Both the position numbers and the translations under genes were made by a program. Below the pieces are notes generated by a model. It saw nothing but the letters and a program-made list of their open reading frames with translations. It was not told the origin of the DNA and ran no database searches. Of a DNA stretch of 64,000 bases, positions 19,775-29,460 are shown piece by piece; positions within the stretch are counted from its first letter, which is position 1; each line of letters opens with the position of its first letter. The stretch is taken from the NCBI GenBank assembly GCA_031258545.1, contig JAIRMU010000019.1, forward strand, positions 4,716 through 68,715, given 5' to 3'. The DNA comes from Puniceicoccales bacterium (GTDB lineage: Bacteria > Verrucomicrobiota > Verrucomicrobiia > Opitutales > UBA9783).

Positions 19775-20938
19775 TCACTCTGTCAAGTCCATTTCTATTG
19801 AGGGAATGAGATAAGGTGTTTTAAAAGGTGTTTGCTGGCGGTGGATACGCCATAAAAGTGTTGAAACATCACTGTAGGCACTGGAACGACTTTTTTTCCA
19901 TGGTTTTTTTACGCAATCCCAATGCCAAATATGCACATCGTTTCTGCAAAGTGCTTGCATATGCTTATTAAAACGCATTATATCTTTCTGCGATTTTAAA
20001 GGAACACGAGGGTCAGTGAACTCATCATCTCTAATGAGTCCCCTATAAATTTTTTGACGGTAGTCGTCTTCTGTTGGTATTTCCGGCCAAGGCGCAAAAA
20101 TTTTACATTGCAATACAGGATCAGGAGTTGCATTATACCGTGGGCTAAAAAAATATACACAGTTTTGTTGCTTCAGCCAATCATCCAATACAACCTCCTC
20201 TTGTGGATTTGTTCCTTCTCTATGTTTTCTTTCCAAAAACAATACTAGAAATTCATTGCATCCTTGAAAAACAAAACGCTCCACCAACCTCTCAATCTTC
20301 CAAAAGACGACACCTCCGCTTATGCGAGCAAATTCATCTTCCTGATCTGTAGCAGGTGGATTAAAATATTGTGCGTTCACCCAACCTACACCTCCGTGCC
20401 TTGGAAAGTATAAATTTGCACCAATGATTTCCTGATTAACACGCTCACATTTATCAAATAAAGGGGCCAAGCTTTTTACAACGATAAGATCGGAATCCAG
20501 CCATAAAAAACTGTTAACATTTTGTACATTTTCCGGCAACAATCCCGAATACCAGATATCCGGAAATAATAGGCGAAAATTAACCAATCGACTCCATCCA
20601 TCGCTTTTAATCTGGTCTGCAAAGTCCATTAAATCTATCTGTTGACCCTCTATCGTTGGCATTGATTTCCATTTGGGGTCCTGTAAATCTACCAGAGTAA
20701 TCGTACATCGTTCGTTGGACATCGTTTGCAGCTTATCAGCATTTTCACGGGACACACCATCCGTAAAAATAACAATTTGACGAGCACTATACGAATCGCT
20801 ACTTTTTATAGATTGCACAGCTACAGCCGTTGCCACAACATACTTATCATCGGTTGCCAATACATAATTTTGGACCGCAGCAGGCAAAGTCGTCCACCGT
20901 CCACATAATATAACACCTAATAAAAATGGAATTTTCAT
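19775..20938 (-). CDS. Glycosyltransferase family 8-like protein with signal-peptide-like N-terminus
   Basis: YVLATDDKYVVATAVAVQSI, WSRLVNFRLLFPD, DxD in WLDSDLIV, QEEVVL, YNA, and HW..KKPW. Confidence 0.72.
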   Translation of the reverse strand: MKIPFLLGVILCGRWTTLPAAVQNYVLATDDKYVVATAVAVQSIKSSDSYSARQIVIFTDGVSRENADKLQTMSNERCTITLVDLQDPKWKSMPTIEGQQIDLMDFADQIKSDGWSRLVNFRLLFPDIWYSGLLPENVQNVNSFLWLDSDLIVVKSLAPLFDKCERVNQEIIGANLYFPRHGGVGWVNAQYFNPPATDQEDEFARISGGVVFWKIERLVERFVFQGCNEFLVLFLERKHREGTNPQEEVVLDDWLKQQNCVYFFSPRYNATPDPVLQCKIFAPWPEIPTEDDYRQKIYRGLIRDDEFTDPRVPLKSQKDIMRFNKHMQALCRNDVHIWHWDCVKKPWKKSRSSAYSDVSTLLWRIHRQQTPFKTPYLIPSIEMDLTE

Positions 20939-21171
20939 GCTTCCTTACCAAAACTACTTTACACATAACATGTGAAAGTTCTGTTGCCGCACCCTATGCG
21001 AATAATAAAACATTGGATTCAATTCCATCATAGCCAAGTAATTTTTAAACACTATACATCCATAAATCAAACAAATATGTTTGAAATTTTGCATAATAAG
21101 TACTTAAATGATCTAGTTTTTATGTTTTGCGCATTTCATGTGAGATTCAGTCATGACCTCCCAATATACCT

Positions 21172-21450
21172 ATGAATAACTCAACGGATCCTCAACAGAA
21201 GCAAGCAGGGCGGTCCTCAGATAGAACCTCTACTGAACATACAAAACAGGGCATAAACACGCAGGATTTTGAATGTCAACTCTCCGAAAACACGCAAACC
21301 ATCACGGCGACCCTACCGCCCCCCAAAACCACATCTGATATTAGACCCGAGAAAGTCAAAATGGCTCAAAAATTAATTCAAAATCCACATTATCCCACAT
21401 CCCAACATCTGGACAAAGTTGCAGACGCTTTGCTGAACGAGATAGAATAA
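21172..21450 (+). CDS. Small protein with FlgM-like (anti-sigma) C-terminus
   Basis: Low-complexity N-terminus then DIRPEKVKMAQKLIQNPHYP...LDKVADALL, resembling the FlgM C-terminal helices. Confidence 0.5.
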   Translation: MNNSTDPQQKQAGRSSDRTSTEHTKQGINTQDFECQLSENTQTITATLPPPKTTSDIRPEKVKMAQKLIQNPHYPTSQHLDKVADALLNEIE

Positions 21451-21604
21451 TCGCCGACAAACCTATACGCACAACTGTACTGCCTAAGTTTTATTTGTTC
21501 AAAAACAGTTGACCAATATCTCCATGCAAATATCGATGAAAGGGCAATAATAGTTGCAAAAAAAGTTAGACATACCCATACGCCCAATATAGAAAAACAC
21601 TTTC

Positions 21605-23020
21605 ATGAAGATTTATTTAATGGGAATCTGTGGTACTGCCATGGCCCACGTAGCCTTGTTGCTTAAAGAATTAGGGCATTCAATTGTAGGCAGCGATACA
21701 CAATGCTTTGATCCCATTGCCAGTCTACTTGCAAAAAATCAGATAGAAACTCATGTAGGATTTGATGTGCAGCGATTACAAACATTAAAACCCGATTGCA
21801 TCATTGTGGGGAATGTCATCTCTCGCGGAAATCCAGAAATTGAATATCTGCTCAACAAACCCATTTGTCCCCTCTACTCTTTTCCACAGTTTTTAGAACA
21901 ATACATTATTCCGCGGCGTCCAACTTTTGTGGTAACGGGAACTCACGGCAAAACTACCACAACCACCCTATTAACCTACCTACTAAAGCAGTTTTGCAAT
22001 CCAGGTTGCCTGATTGGAGGATTACCCAATAATTTTGAACATGGAGCCTCTTTAGGCGACGAAAAAGCTCCATTCGTTTTGGAAGGTGACGAATACGATA
22101 CGGCATTTTTTGACAAAAAAAGTAAATTTTTTCACTATTGGCCGCATACGCTCATCATCAACAACATCGCATTTGACCACGCGGACATTTTTGACGATCT
22201 CAAGTCCATTCAGCGTACATTTTACCAATTGACACGTATGGTACCGTCACAGGGGCACATCGTTATGAATGGCGACGACCCCAATGTGAGGGCATTGCTT
22301 CCATGCGATTGGACGCATACGCATCGCGTAGGATTCGAAAATCAAAATGACTGGCAAATTAAAAATTTTACAACAACCTCCCATGGGAGTCAGTTCGACT
22401 TATACAAATTAGAGCAATGCGTTTTTGCCAATATTTGCCTCCCTTTATTGGGTCGATTTAACGCGCACAATGCCGCCTTGGCAATCGTTGCCTGCTACGT
22501 CAATCAATACAGCTCCATCGACGTGCAACGCCTCACACTTTTTGCGGGTGTTCGCCGGCGCCAATCCGTGCTCTTCGAGTCCGAACAATTGACAATACTG
22601 GAAGATTTCGCACACCACCCCACCGCCATACAATTCATGCTGGAAACACTCAAAGCACATTACCCACATCACCACTTGATTGCCTGCTTTGAACCCGCCT
22701 GTAACACCAGCGCATCCACGTGGTTTTCGCAACAATCTTACCCAACTTTTTATCGCGCCGACGAAGTTTGGCTTGCCCCACGAAAAACAAACATTTACTG
22801 CGACAAGTTTGTTCAACCTTTAATCCCCATGGATTCTTCTCAAGTCAGACAAACGCTGCAACAGAACAGGATTAAAGTAAACACATTCGATTCACTCGAT
22901 GAACTTATTGCCTGCATTGAAGGATTGACGCCCGAAGTACCCACACTTTTATGTTGCTTTTCAAATGGCCGATTATCCGCTTTATTGGCCGACATACAAC
23001 GAAAAAAGCAAAAGCATTAA
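21605..23020 (+). CDS. mpl: UDP-MurNAc:L-Ala-gamma-D-Glu-mDAP ligase (murein peptide ligase)
   Basis: GICGTAM, VTGTHGKTTT, EGDEYDTAFFDK.SKF.HY.P, DHADIF, DFAHHPTAI. Confidence 0.88.
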   Translation: MKIYLMGICGTAMAHVALLLKELGHSIVGSDTQCFDPIASLLAKNQIETHVGFDVQRLQTLKPDCIIVGNVISRGNPEIEYLLNKPICPLYSFPQFLEQYIIPRRPTFVVTGTHGKTTTTTLLTYLLKQFCNPGCLIGGLPNNFEHGASLGDEKAPFVLEGDEYDTAFFDKKSKFFHYWPHTLIINNIAFDHADIFDDLKSIQRTFYQLTRMVPSQGHIVMNGDDPNVRALLPCDWTHTHRVGFENQNDWQIKNFTTTSHGSQFDLYKLEQCVFANICLPLLGRFNAHNAALAIVACYVNQYSSIDVQRLTLFAGVRRRQSVLFESEQLTILEDFAHHPTAIQFMLETLKAHYPHHHLIACFEPACNTSASTWFSQQSYPTFYRADEVWLAPRKTNIYCDKFVQPLIPMDSSQVRQTLQQNRIKVNTFDSLDELIACIEGLTPEVPTLLCCFSNGRLSALLADIQRKKQKH

Positions 23021-23031
23021 CCTTCATCGTC

Positions 23032-23967
23032 ATGGATAACGACACTTCACAGTCAACGGAATTGTATAATTCTGGAGAATCGTTTTTCCGAGAACTATTT
23101 GTAAAATGTGGCGAAGATCCCAACCGACAAGGACTCCTAAAAACACCCCACAGAGTCATCCAAAGTTTTCTCGAATTGACACAAGGGTACCGTCAATCGG
23201 CACAAGAAATTCTTAACGATGCATTGTTTGATTGCGATAACGATGCCCCCGTCTACATTCAAAAAATTCCATTTTATTCCCTCTGTGAACATCATTTATT
23301 ACCTTTTTTCGGGCACTGCGATATTACCTACTTACCCAACAAAAAAGTCATCGGTTTGTCGAAAATACATCGTATTATAGACATGTTTGCCAGAAGACTT
23401 CAAATCCAAGAACGTCTCACGTACCAAGTCGCCAATACATTGTTCGAACTTACGCAAGCGCAAGGGGTACGTGTCGAAATGCAAGCAGAACATCTATGCA
23501 TATCCATGCGCGGAACGCACAAAATAAATTCTACTACTTTTACGTCCAGCTGTTGTGGACAACCTTGCCCTACACGCAATCCAACAAACACGGACTTATG
23601 GCCTACAATGGTACTCCAATTTCACACCAAAGATTTTCCCATTTCACTCGGATGTTTTCCCAAAGAATTTCAGGAGTTTACACCCGTACAAATTCAAGTC
23701 GAGGTAAAATTTCTAACACCACCGCAAGGATGCAAAAGTGACCGCATCGAAGATACCATTTGTTACGATCACTTATCTCAGTTACTATATGCGTGCTGCT
23801 TCAAAAAACACTTTAACCTCATCGAACATTGCGGCTATGAAGCCTACAGCACTTTAAAAAAATTCTTCAAACTCAAAAGCATATCTCACCTCCTACGCTT
23901 AAAGTTAACAAAAAAGTTAGTGCACGAAGACCTGCAGCAGAGCGCTTTTCAGATAGGCGACTTTTAA
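23032..23967 (+). CDS. folE: GTP cyclohydrolase I fused to dihydroneopterin aldolase (FolE-FolB)
   Basis: GEDPNRQGLLKTP.RV, SLCEHHLLPF.G, GLSK, RRLQIQERLT, EHLC..MRG; then a ~120-aa FolB-like domain (LGC..KE, DTICYD, NLIEH, C-terminal K); ATG 23032 follows the mpl stop. Confidence 0.85.
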   Translation: MDNDTSQSTELYNSGESFFRELFVKCGEDPNRQGLLKTPHRVIQSFLELTQGYRQSAQEILNDALFDCDNDAPVYIQKIPFYSLCEHHLLPFFGHCDITYLPNKKVIGLSKIHRIIDMFARRLQIQERLTYQVANTLFELTQAQGVRVEMQAEHLCISMRGTHKINSTTFTSSCCGQPCPTRNPTNTDLWPTMVLQFHTKDFPISLGCFPKEFQEFTPVQIQVEVKFLTPPQGCKSDRIEDTICYDHLSQLLYACCFKKHFNLIEHCGYEAYSTLKKFFKLKSISHLLRLKLTKKLVHEDLQQSAFQIGDF

Positions 23968-23973
23968 AATACC

Positions 23974-24060
23974 TGGTGGTGGGGGAGCGATTCGAACGCT
24001 CGAAAGGGAACCCCTGACAGATTTACAGTCTGCATCCTTTAGCCACTTGGATACCCCACC
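23974..24060 (-). tRNA. tRNA-Tyr(GUA)
   Basis: Acceptor GGTGGGG/CCCCACC, anticodon arm GCAGA-CTGTAAA-TCTGT, long variable arm, GAGCG-TTCGAAT-CGCTC, encoded CCA. Confidence 0.97.
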
Positions 24061-24071
24061 TCGGCGTAAAT

Positions 24072-24099
24072 ACGGTAGCTTCTTTTTTTGTTTTGCCAA
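24072..24099 (-). promoter_or_regulatory. Putative tRNA-Tyr promoter
   Basis: TTGGCA-N16-TACCGT, 11 nt before the tRNA 5' end. Confidence 0.4.
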
Positions 24100-24399
24100 G
24101 TGTTTTTTTCCAAAAATCTTGTCCACACCTTAGGTAAATACTTTGAAGATTAACATTTTCATGCCGAACAGAAATCCTTCTTTTGTACATAAAATTTTAC
24201 ATGTGCCACACAATATGTAGTTCGAACAACAACATCCATCTACATTTTTAAAATAGGAAACATCTGAAAAGCAGACGTGCGTTTAAACTAATCGTCATGA
24301 AATTGCATAAACATAATGCCGTGTATATTTATCCGTACGCAAGCATTACAAAAAATAAAAGCTTGAAAAAATTACCTGAGACTTATACAGGTATAACCC

Positions 24400-25044
24400 A
24401 TGTATACTTGTCATCATGTTTCTACGTTGGTTGGTCAAAAAGCCCCTCTTTTCACTGCAAACGCGGTTATTAACGGTAATCAGATTGTTGAAAAATTTTC
24501 TCTGGAAAAGTATCTGGGGAATCAATACATCGTACTGTTCTTTTATCCAAAAGATTTCACCTTTGTATGTCCTACCGAGCTACATGCCTTTCAAGAGTCT
24601 TTAAAAGAGTTCGAAAATCGATCAACGCAGGTCATTGCCTGTTCTACCGACAGTGAATTCAGTCACTGGGCATGGTTACAAATGCCCAAAAAAGAAGGCG
24701 GTATTCAAGGTGTCACTTACCCCATTGTTGCCGATGTTAACAAAACGATTACCAACGATTACGGCATTCTTGCGGGGACCTATTATTACGATGAACAAGA
24801 TCATTTGCAAGTCGAAGGCACATTGGTTGCCTATAGAGGTTTATTTCTCATCGATAAACAAGGTATCATCCAACACCAGGTGGTTAATAATATGCCCCTG
24901 GGCCGTTCCGTGCAGGAAACTTTACGCATGGTAGATGCGCTACAACATTTTGAGACGTATGGAGAGGTGTGTCCCATCAACTGGCATAAGGGGAAAACTG
25001 GCATGCAGCCAACGCATAAAGGGGTAAAGGACTTTTTTAAATAA
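24400..25044 (+). CDS. ahpC: Typical 2-Cys peroxiredoxin (AhpC/TSA)
   Basis: FYPKDFTFVCPTE, RGLFLID, GRSV.ETLR, GEVCP.NW. Confidence 0.95.
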   Translation: MYTCHHVSTLVGQKAPLFTANAVINGNQIVEKFSLEKYLGNQYIVLFFYPKDFTFVCPTELHAFQESLKEFENRSTQVIACSTDSEFSHWAWLQMPKKEGGIQGVTYPIVADVNKTITNDYGILAGTYYYDEQDHLQVEGTLVAYRGLFLIDKQGIIQHQVVNNMPLGRSVQETLRMVDALQHFETYGEVCPINWHKGKTGMQPTHKGVKDFFK

Positions 25045-25067
25045 AACGTGCCCCCGCGTTATTTTTT
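25045..25067 (+). terminator. Possible weak intrinsic terminator after ahpC
   Basis: AACGTG-CCCC-CGCGTT stem (one G-U pair) followed by ATTTTTT. Confidence 0.3.
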
Positions 25068-25380
25068 ACATTCAAGCATCTATAGTTTTCCGTACTTCGA
25101 AGCCTAAAAACGATGGCCATGCCGTTTAACCATGTACATGTCCAGGCAAGCGTGTATGGATGTCGGTAAGGGTATGTTTTTTGTTTACATATAATCTATT
25201 GTCGACCTTTTATGGACTTTGTTAATAAGATATTTCCATGGTAGATGTAGATTGGGGGGACTCATGGAGCCTTTGGGCATTTCACGAGAAGTTTGTGTAA
25301 AGTAAAACGGGTGGCGAAAAAATTTATTTAAAAAAATAGCTTTTCAAGAGGCGCAAAATACTGTTACAATCATAAAGGTT

Positions 25381-26577
25381 ATGAACGGTGTAAAACTGAT
25401 AAAAGATGTGGCGGTTGAAGGTAAGCGGGTATTTGTGCGCGTTGATTTCAACGTTCCTTTGGACGCGCAAGGAAATGTATCGGACGAAACGCGCATCGTG
25501 GCGGCTTTGCCGACAATTCAGTTTTTGTTAGAACGCGGCGCAAAGGTTATTTTGGCAAGCCATTTGGGACGCCCCAAAGGCCAAGTCGTAGCCAAGTACA
25601 GCTTGAGACCCGTAGCCCAAACGTTGGCAACAAAACTCAATCAACCGATTTTATTTCTAGAAGATTGTATCGGAGCTGTTGTGGAAGAAGCCGTTCAAGC
25701 AATGGCCGAAAACTCAATTGTTCTGTTGGAAAATTTACGCTTCCACACGGAAGAGGAAGCCAACGATCTCGAATTCTCTAAATCTTTAGCACGCTTGGCG
25801 GATGTTTACGTGAACGACGCTTTTGGAACAGCGCATCGCGCGCACGCTTCCACCGTCGGTATGGTTGCATTTGTACCCCAAAAAGCCGTTGGTTTTCTCA
25901 TTGAGAAGGAATTGCAGTATTTGGAGCAGAAAGTGGGGCATCCCGATCGGCCATTTTGTGTTATTTTGGGTGGCGCTAAAGTAAGCGATAAAATCCATGT
26001 GATCGATGCTTTGCTTAATAAGGCCGATCGTATACTGATTGGCGGAGCCATGGCCTACACATTCGCTCTGGCGCAGGGACAAACGGTGGGAAGTAGTTTG
26101 GTGGAACGCGACAAGGTTGAATTGGCGTTGCAGCTTTTGCAAAAAGCCAAAAGCAATGAGGTTGCATTGTGTTTGCCGGTGGATACGGTTGCCACCGATA
26201 AAATGGATAGAGAACGTCGCACCTTGGGGACACTTAAAACATTTCACGGCTCCATAGATGAAGGCTGGGAGGGGGTCGACATAGGCCCCAAAACGACGGA
26301 AATTTATACAAAATTTATTCACGAAGCCAAAACAATTTTGTGGAATGGCCCCCTGGGCGTATTTGAGATAGAAGCTTCCGCTGCAGGAAGCATCAAAATT
26401 GCCCAAGCGATGGCCGCTTCTACGGGTACTACGATCGTGGGCGGAGGCGACTGCGTCAAAGCGATTCACCAAAGTGGATGTGCCCAACAAATATCGTTTT
26501 TAAGTACCGGTGGAGGCGCCAGTCTTAAACTGCTGGAAGGTAAGGCATTGCCAGGATTAGAGGCCCTAAAACAATAG
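25381..26577 (+). CDS. pgk: Phosphoglycerate kinase
   Basis: RVDFNVP, SHLGRPKG, LLENLRF, DAFGTAHRAHAS, GGAKVSDK, WNGPLGVFE, STGGGASL. Confidence 0.98.
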   Translation: MNGVKLIKDVAVEGKRVFVRVDFNVPLDAQGNVSDETRIVAALPTIQFLLERGAKVILASHLGRPKGQVVAKYSLRPVAQTLATKLNQPILFLEDCIGAVVEEAVQAMAENSIVLLENLRFHTEEEANDLEFSKSLARLADVYVNDAFGTAHRAHASTVGMVAFVPQKAVGFLIEKELQYLEQKVGHPDRPFCVILGGAKVSDKIHVIDALLNKADRILIGGAMAYTFALAQGQTVGSSLVERDKVELALQLLQKAKSNEVALCLPVDTVATDKMDRERRTLGTLKTFHGSIDEGWEGVDIGPKTTEIYTKFIHEAKTILWNGPLGVFEIEASAAGSIKIAQAMAASTGTTIVGGGDCVKAIHQSGCAQQISFLSTGGGASLKLLEGKALPGLEALKQ

Positions 26578-26603
26578 GTAAATTTTATTTAAAGGAGAAA
26601 AAT

Positions 26604-27371
26604 ATGCGTCGTTATTTAATTGCAGGTAACTGGAAAATGAACAAAACAGCGAGAGAGACACAGTCTTTCTTCGAAGAATTGTCATCCTATTTAACGCTTC
26701 CCACCCGAAGCGAAATCCTCATTTGCCCACCTTTTACATCGATTCCCGAAGCCTATCGTCATTTGAAAGGATCCATCTCCTTGGGAGCCCAAAATGTTCA
26801 CGCCAAAGCGTCAGGTGCTTTTACGGGAGAAATTTCTCTATCCATGTTGGCCGAATGGAGCGTCACATACGTTATCCTAGGGCACAGCGAACGACGGACG
26901 TTGTTTGGCGAAACGGATGCGTACATCCATGAAAAGATAAACACTGTCCTCCAAGGCCATCTAAAACCTATTCTGTGCGTTGGAGAAACGTTGGAAGAAA
27001 GGCAATCGAAACAAGGTGCCTTTGCGGTAATTGAAAGAGAATTAACAAACGGCTTGAAAGACATTTCTGCCGAAGATATGCGTGCCGTCACCATCGCCTA
27101 CGAACCCATTTGGGCCATTGGTACGGGGGAAACGGCAACCCCGGAAATTGCACAAGAGATGCACCATTCCATAAGGCAATGGTTGAATGCGCATTACAAT
27201 GCGGCCGTTGCGGAACAGGTTCGTTTACTATACGGCGGTTCTCTAAAACCAAGCAACGCGAGGGAATTATTATCAAAGCAAGACATCGATGGGGGCCTCA
27301 TCGGAGGGGCTGCACTGGAGGCAAAATCACTTGCAGAACTCGTTCGCATTGCCGAAGAACTTTCGCATTAG
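26604..27371 (+). CDS. tpiA: Triosephosphate isomerase
   Basis: AGNWKMNK, GAFTGE.S, GHSERR, AYEPIWAIGTG, YGGS, DGGLIGGA; AAAGGAG SD. Confidence 0.98.
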   Translation: MRRYLIAGNWKMNKTARETQSFFEELSSYLTLPTRSEILICPPFTSIPEAYRHLKGSISLGAQNVHAKASGAFTGEISLSMLAEWSVTYVILGHSERRTLFGETDAYIHEKINTVLQGHLKPILCVGETLEERQSKQGAFAVIERELTNGLKDISAEDMRAVTIAYEPIWAIGTGETATPEIAQEMHHSIRQWLNAHYNAAVAEQVRLLYGGSLKPSNARELLSKQDIDGGLIGGAALEAKSLAELVRIAEELSH

Positions 27372-27580
27372 ACCCTGGCTAACCGTTTAATAGTACCGCT
27401 TACAAGCTAAGTACACGGTACCTCAATAAATCTAGGAACTTGTCGCAAACATCAGGCGCAAGTGACTTTATAGGAACATGTTCATTCATTTTACCTTAGA
27501 CCGGTAAAGAAAAGAACCATGCGGCTTTGGTAGCAGAGGTAATGCGCATTTTCAAAAACACCCAATTTACAATTATTCAC

Positions 27581-28069
27581 TCATCGCTGACCCGCACGTT
27601 GATCCAAACTGAATAAGGCTGCAGGGCGATCTTCCACAAATTTTAATTGATCTATAATCGTTTGGACATCGTTCTCTTCTTCAACTTGTTCTTTAATAAA
27701 ATAATGCAAAAATTCCTGGGTCGCATAGTCCTTTTCTTCCACCGATAAAGCGTACAAACGGTGAATATTTTGCGTATTATCCAATTCAGCTTGGTAAGCT
27801 TTTTCAAAGGCTTGTAAAGGTGTTGTCACCGCACAATCGGGCTTGATCAAATCGTACAAACAAACTTTACCCTGACGTTCATTGATGAAGTGATAAAATT
27901 TCATCGCATGCGTAAGCTCTTCTTCGTATTGTTTACGCATCCAATGCCCAAATCCCGTAAATACGGTTGCATCTAACGCGGCAGCCAAGCCTAAATAAAT
28001 GTACGCCGCATCAAATTCGTGATGCATCTGCAAATTCAATCCCTCTTCTATTTTTTGACTTAATTTCAT
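27581..28069 (-). CDS. ftnA: Non-heme ferritin
   Basis: Q..HE..A.Y.Y, QY.EE..HA.KF, DYAT..FL.YF..EQVEEE. Confidence 0.92.
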   Translation of the reverse strand: MKLSQKIEEGLNLQMHHEFDAAYIYLGLAAALDATVFTGFGHWMRKQYEEELTHAMKFYHFINERQGKVCLYDLIKPDCAVTTPLQAFEKAYQAELDNTQNIHRLYALSVEEKDYATQEFLHYFIKEQVEEENDVQTIIDQLKFVEDRPAALFSLDQRAGQR

Positions 28070-28226
28070 ATCATTTTTCCCATCATTTATTGTTTCCCAC
28101 AGTCAACACTTCCTATGAAACACCCACCTTGTGGATGTCGAAAACATAATAAAACTTCGGCACTCACCGATGTTTTTTACCTTAAATCTTTAATTTTAAA
28201 AAAGGAAACTTTTTTACAAAAATTTT

Positions 28227-28255
28227 TTGACCTCACAGGGGAAGTTGGGCAAAAT
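28227..28255 (+). promoter_or_regulatory. Putative sigma70 promoter of fabV, placed for a leaderless transcript
   Basis: TTGACC-N17-CAAAAT-N7-ATG(28263). Confidence 0.55.
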
Positions 28256-28262
28256 GCCTTTC

Positions 28263-29456
28263 ATGATTATAAAACCGAAAGTTCGTGGGTTTATATGCAT
28301 TACGGCACATCCGGACGGATGCGTGTCGCACATTCAAGAGCAAGTTGATTATGTACGCGCACAAAAACCGTTTAAAAATGCCCCTCGACGTGTCCTTGTG
28401 ATAGGCGCTTCAACGGGCTATGGGTTGGCTAGCCGAATCGTTGCGGCCATCGGCGGACATGCAGATACTTTCGGTATTTTTTACGAACGTCCCGGGGAAG
28501 ATAATAAAACTGCCTCAGCCGGATGGTACAATTCGGTAGCTTTTGAAAAAGTGGCGCAAGCCTACGGCGTAAAAGCTTTTTCCATGAATGGGGATGCTTT
28601 TTCCAAAGATTTTAAAAATAAAGCCGTCAAAGCACTGAAAGAAAAGATGGGACCCGTCGATTGCATTATTTACAGCTTGGCGGCTCCCCAAAGGGTAGAC
28701 GTCACCGGAGATGTTTACAAATCTGTTCTAAAACCTGTTGGCCGAAAATTTTCCGGAAAAACGGTTAATACCGACAAATCCGCAGTATTTGAAACCACCC
28801 TTGAGCCTGCTACGGAAGATGAAATATTTCACACAAAGAAAGTTATGGGGGGTGAAGATTGGGAAGCATGGGTCCGTTTGCTGGAGCAGGAAAAATTACT
28901 GGCAAACGGCGTGACAGCCCTGGCTTACTCTTATGTAGGCCCTGAAATCACGTGGCCCATTTACAGAGATGGGACCATTGGACGTGCCAAAGACCATCTG
29001 GCCCAAACGGCAGAAACGTTAAATCGATTTTTACACCAGCAGCTGCAGGGCCGTGCACTTATTTCGGTTAACAAAGCAGTTGTTACGCAGGCGAGTTCTG
29101 CAATCCCCGTAGTCCCTCTGTACATTTCAATTTTATTTAAGATAATGAAAGCAAAAGGATTGCATGAAGACTGTATTCAACAAATGTATCGCTTGTTTGC
29201 TGCGTTATTTGACAACCCGTCATTTAAAAAAGAGAGTGAAACTTGTATTCGGTTAGACAACTTGGAATTGCTGCCCGAGGTACAATCGGAAGTAAACGCG
29301 ATTTGGCAAAAAATTAGTTCTAACAATTTGCTGGAGTTGAGTGATTTTCGCGAATATCAAGAAAACTTTTTGAAACTTTTTGGGTTTGGATTCAAGGAGG
29401 TTGATTACGAACGAGATGTTGATCCAAAACGTACGTTTTTAAACTTAGTGGACTGA
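28263..29456 (+). CDS. fabV: Enoyl-ACP reductase FabV (trans-2-enoyl-CoA reductase family)
   Basis: MIIKPKVRGFICITAHP.GC, GASTGYGLASRI, TASAGWYN, YSLAAP.R, VMGGEDWE.W, SSAIP, KGLHEDCI.Q. Confidence 0.95.
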   Translation: MIIKPKVRGFICITAHPDGCVSHIQEQVDYVRAQKPFKNAPRRVLVIGASTGYGLASRIVAAIGGHADTFGIFYERPGEDNKTASAGWYNSVAFEKVAQAYGVKAFSMNGDAFSKDFKNKAVKALKEKMGPVDCIIYSLAAPQRVDVTGDVYKSVLKPVGRKFSGKTVNTDKSAVFETTLEPATEDEIFHTKKVMGGEDWEAWVRLLEQEKLLANGVTALAYSYVGPEITWPIYRDGTIGRAKDHLAQTAETLNRFLHQQLQGRALISVNKAVVTQASSAIPVVPLYISILFKIMKAKGLHEDCIQQMYRLFAALFDNPSFKKESETCIRLDNLELLPEVQSEVNAIWQKISSNNLLELSDFREYQENFLKLFGFGFKEVDYERDVDPKRTFLNLVD

Positions 29457-29460
29457 TTGC

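Noticed and set aside
13034-20938. Genomic island integrated at tRNA-Leu
   Set aside because: The accessory genes lie on the tRNA's 5' side, and no integrase or duplicated tRNA 3' end was found
21390-21587. 65-aa minus-strand ORF with a hydrophobic N-terminus
   Set aside because: TTG start, overlaps the FlgM-like gene, and has no supporting signals
22951-23031. Longer N-terminus of FolE from the ORF caller
   Set aside because: Overlaps the mpl 3' end; ATG 23032 matches the expected FolE start
25786-26490. 234-aa minus-strand ORF
   Set aside because: Antisense shadow of pgk
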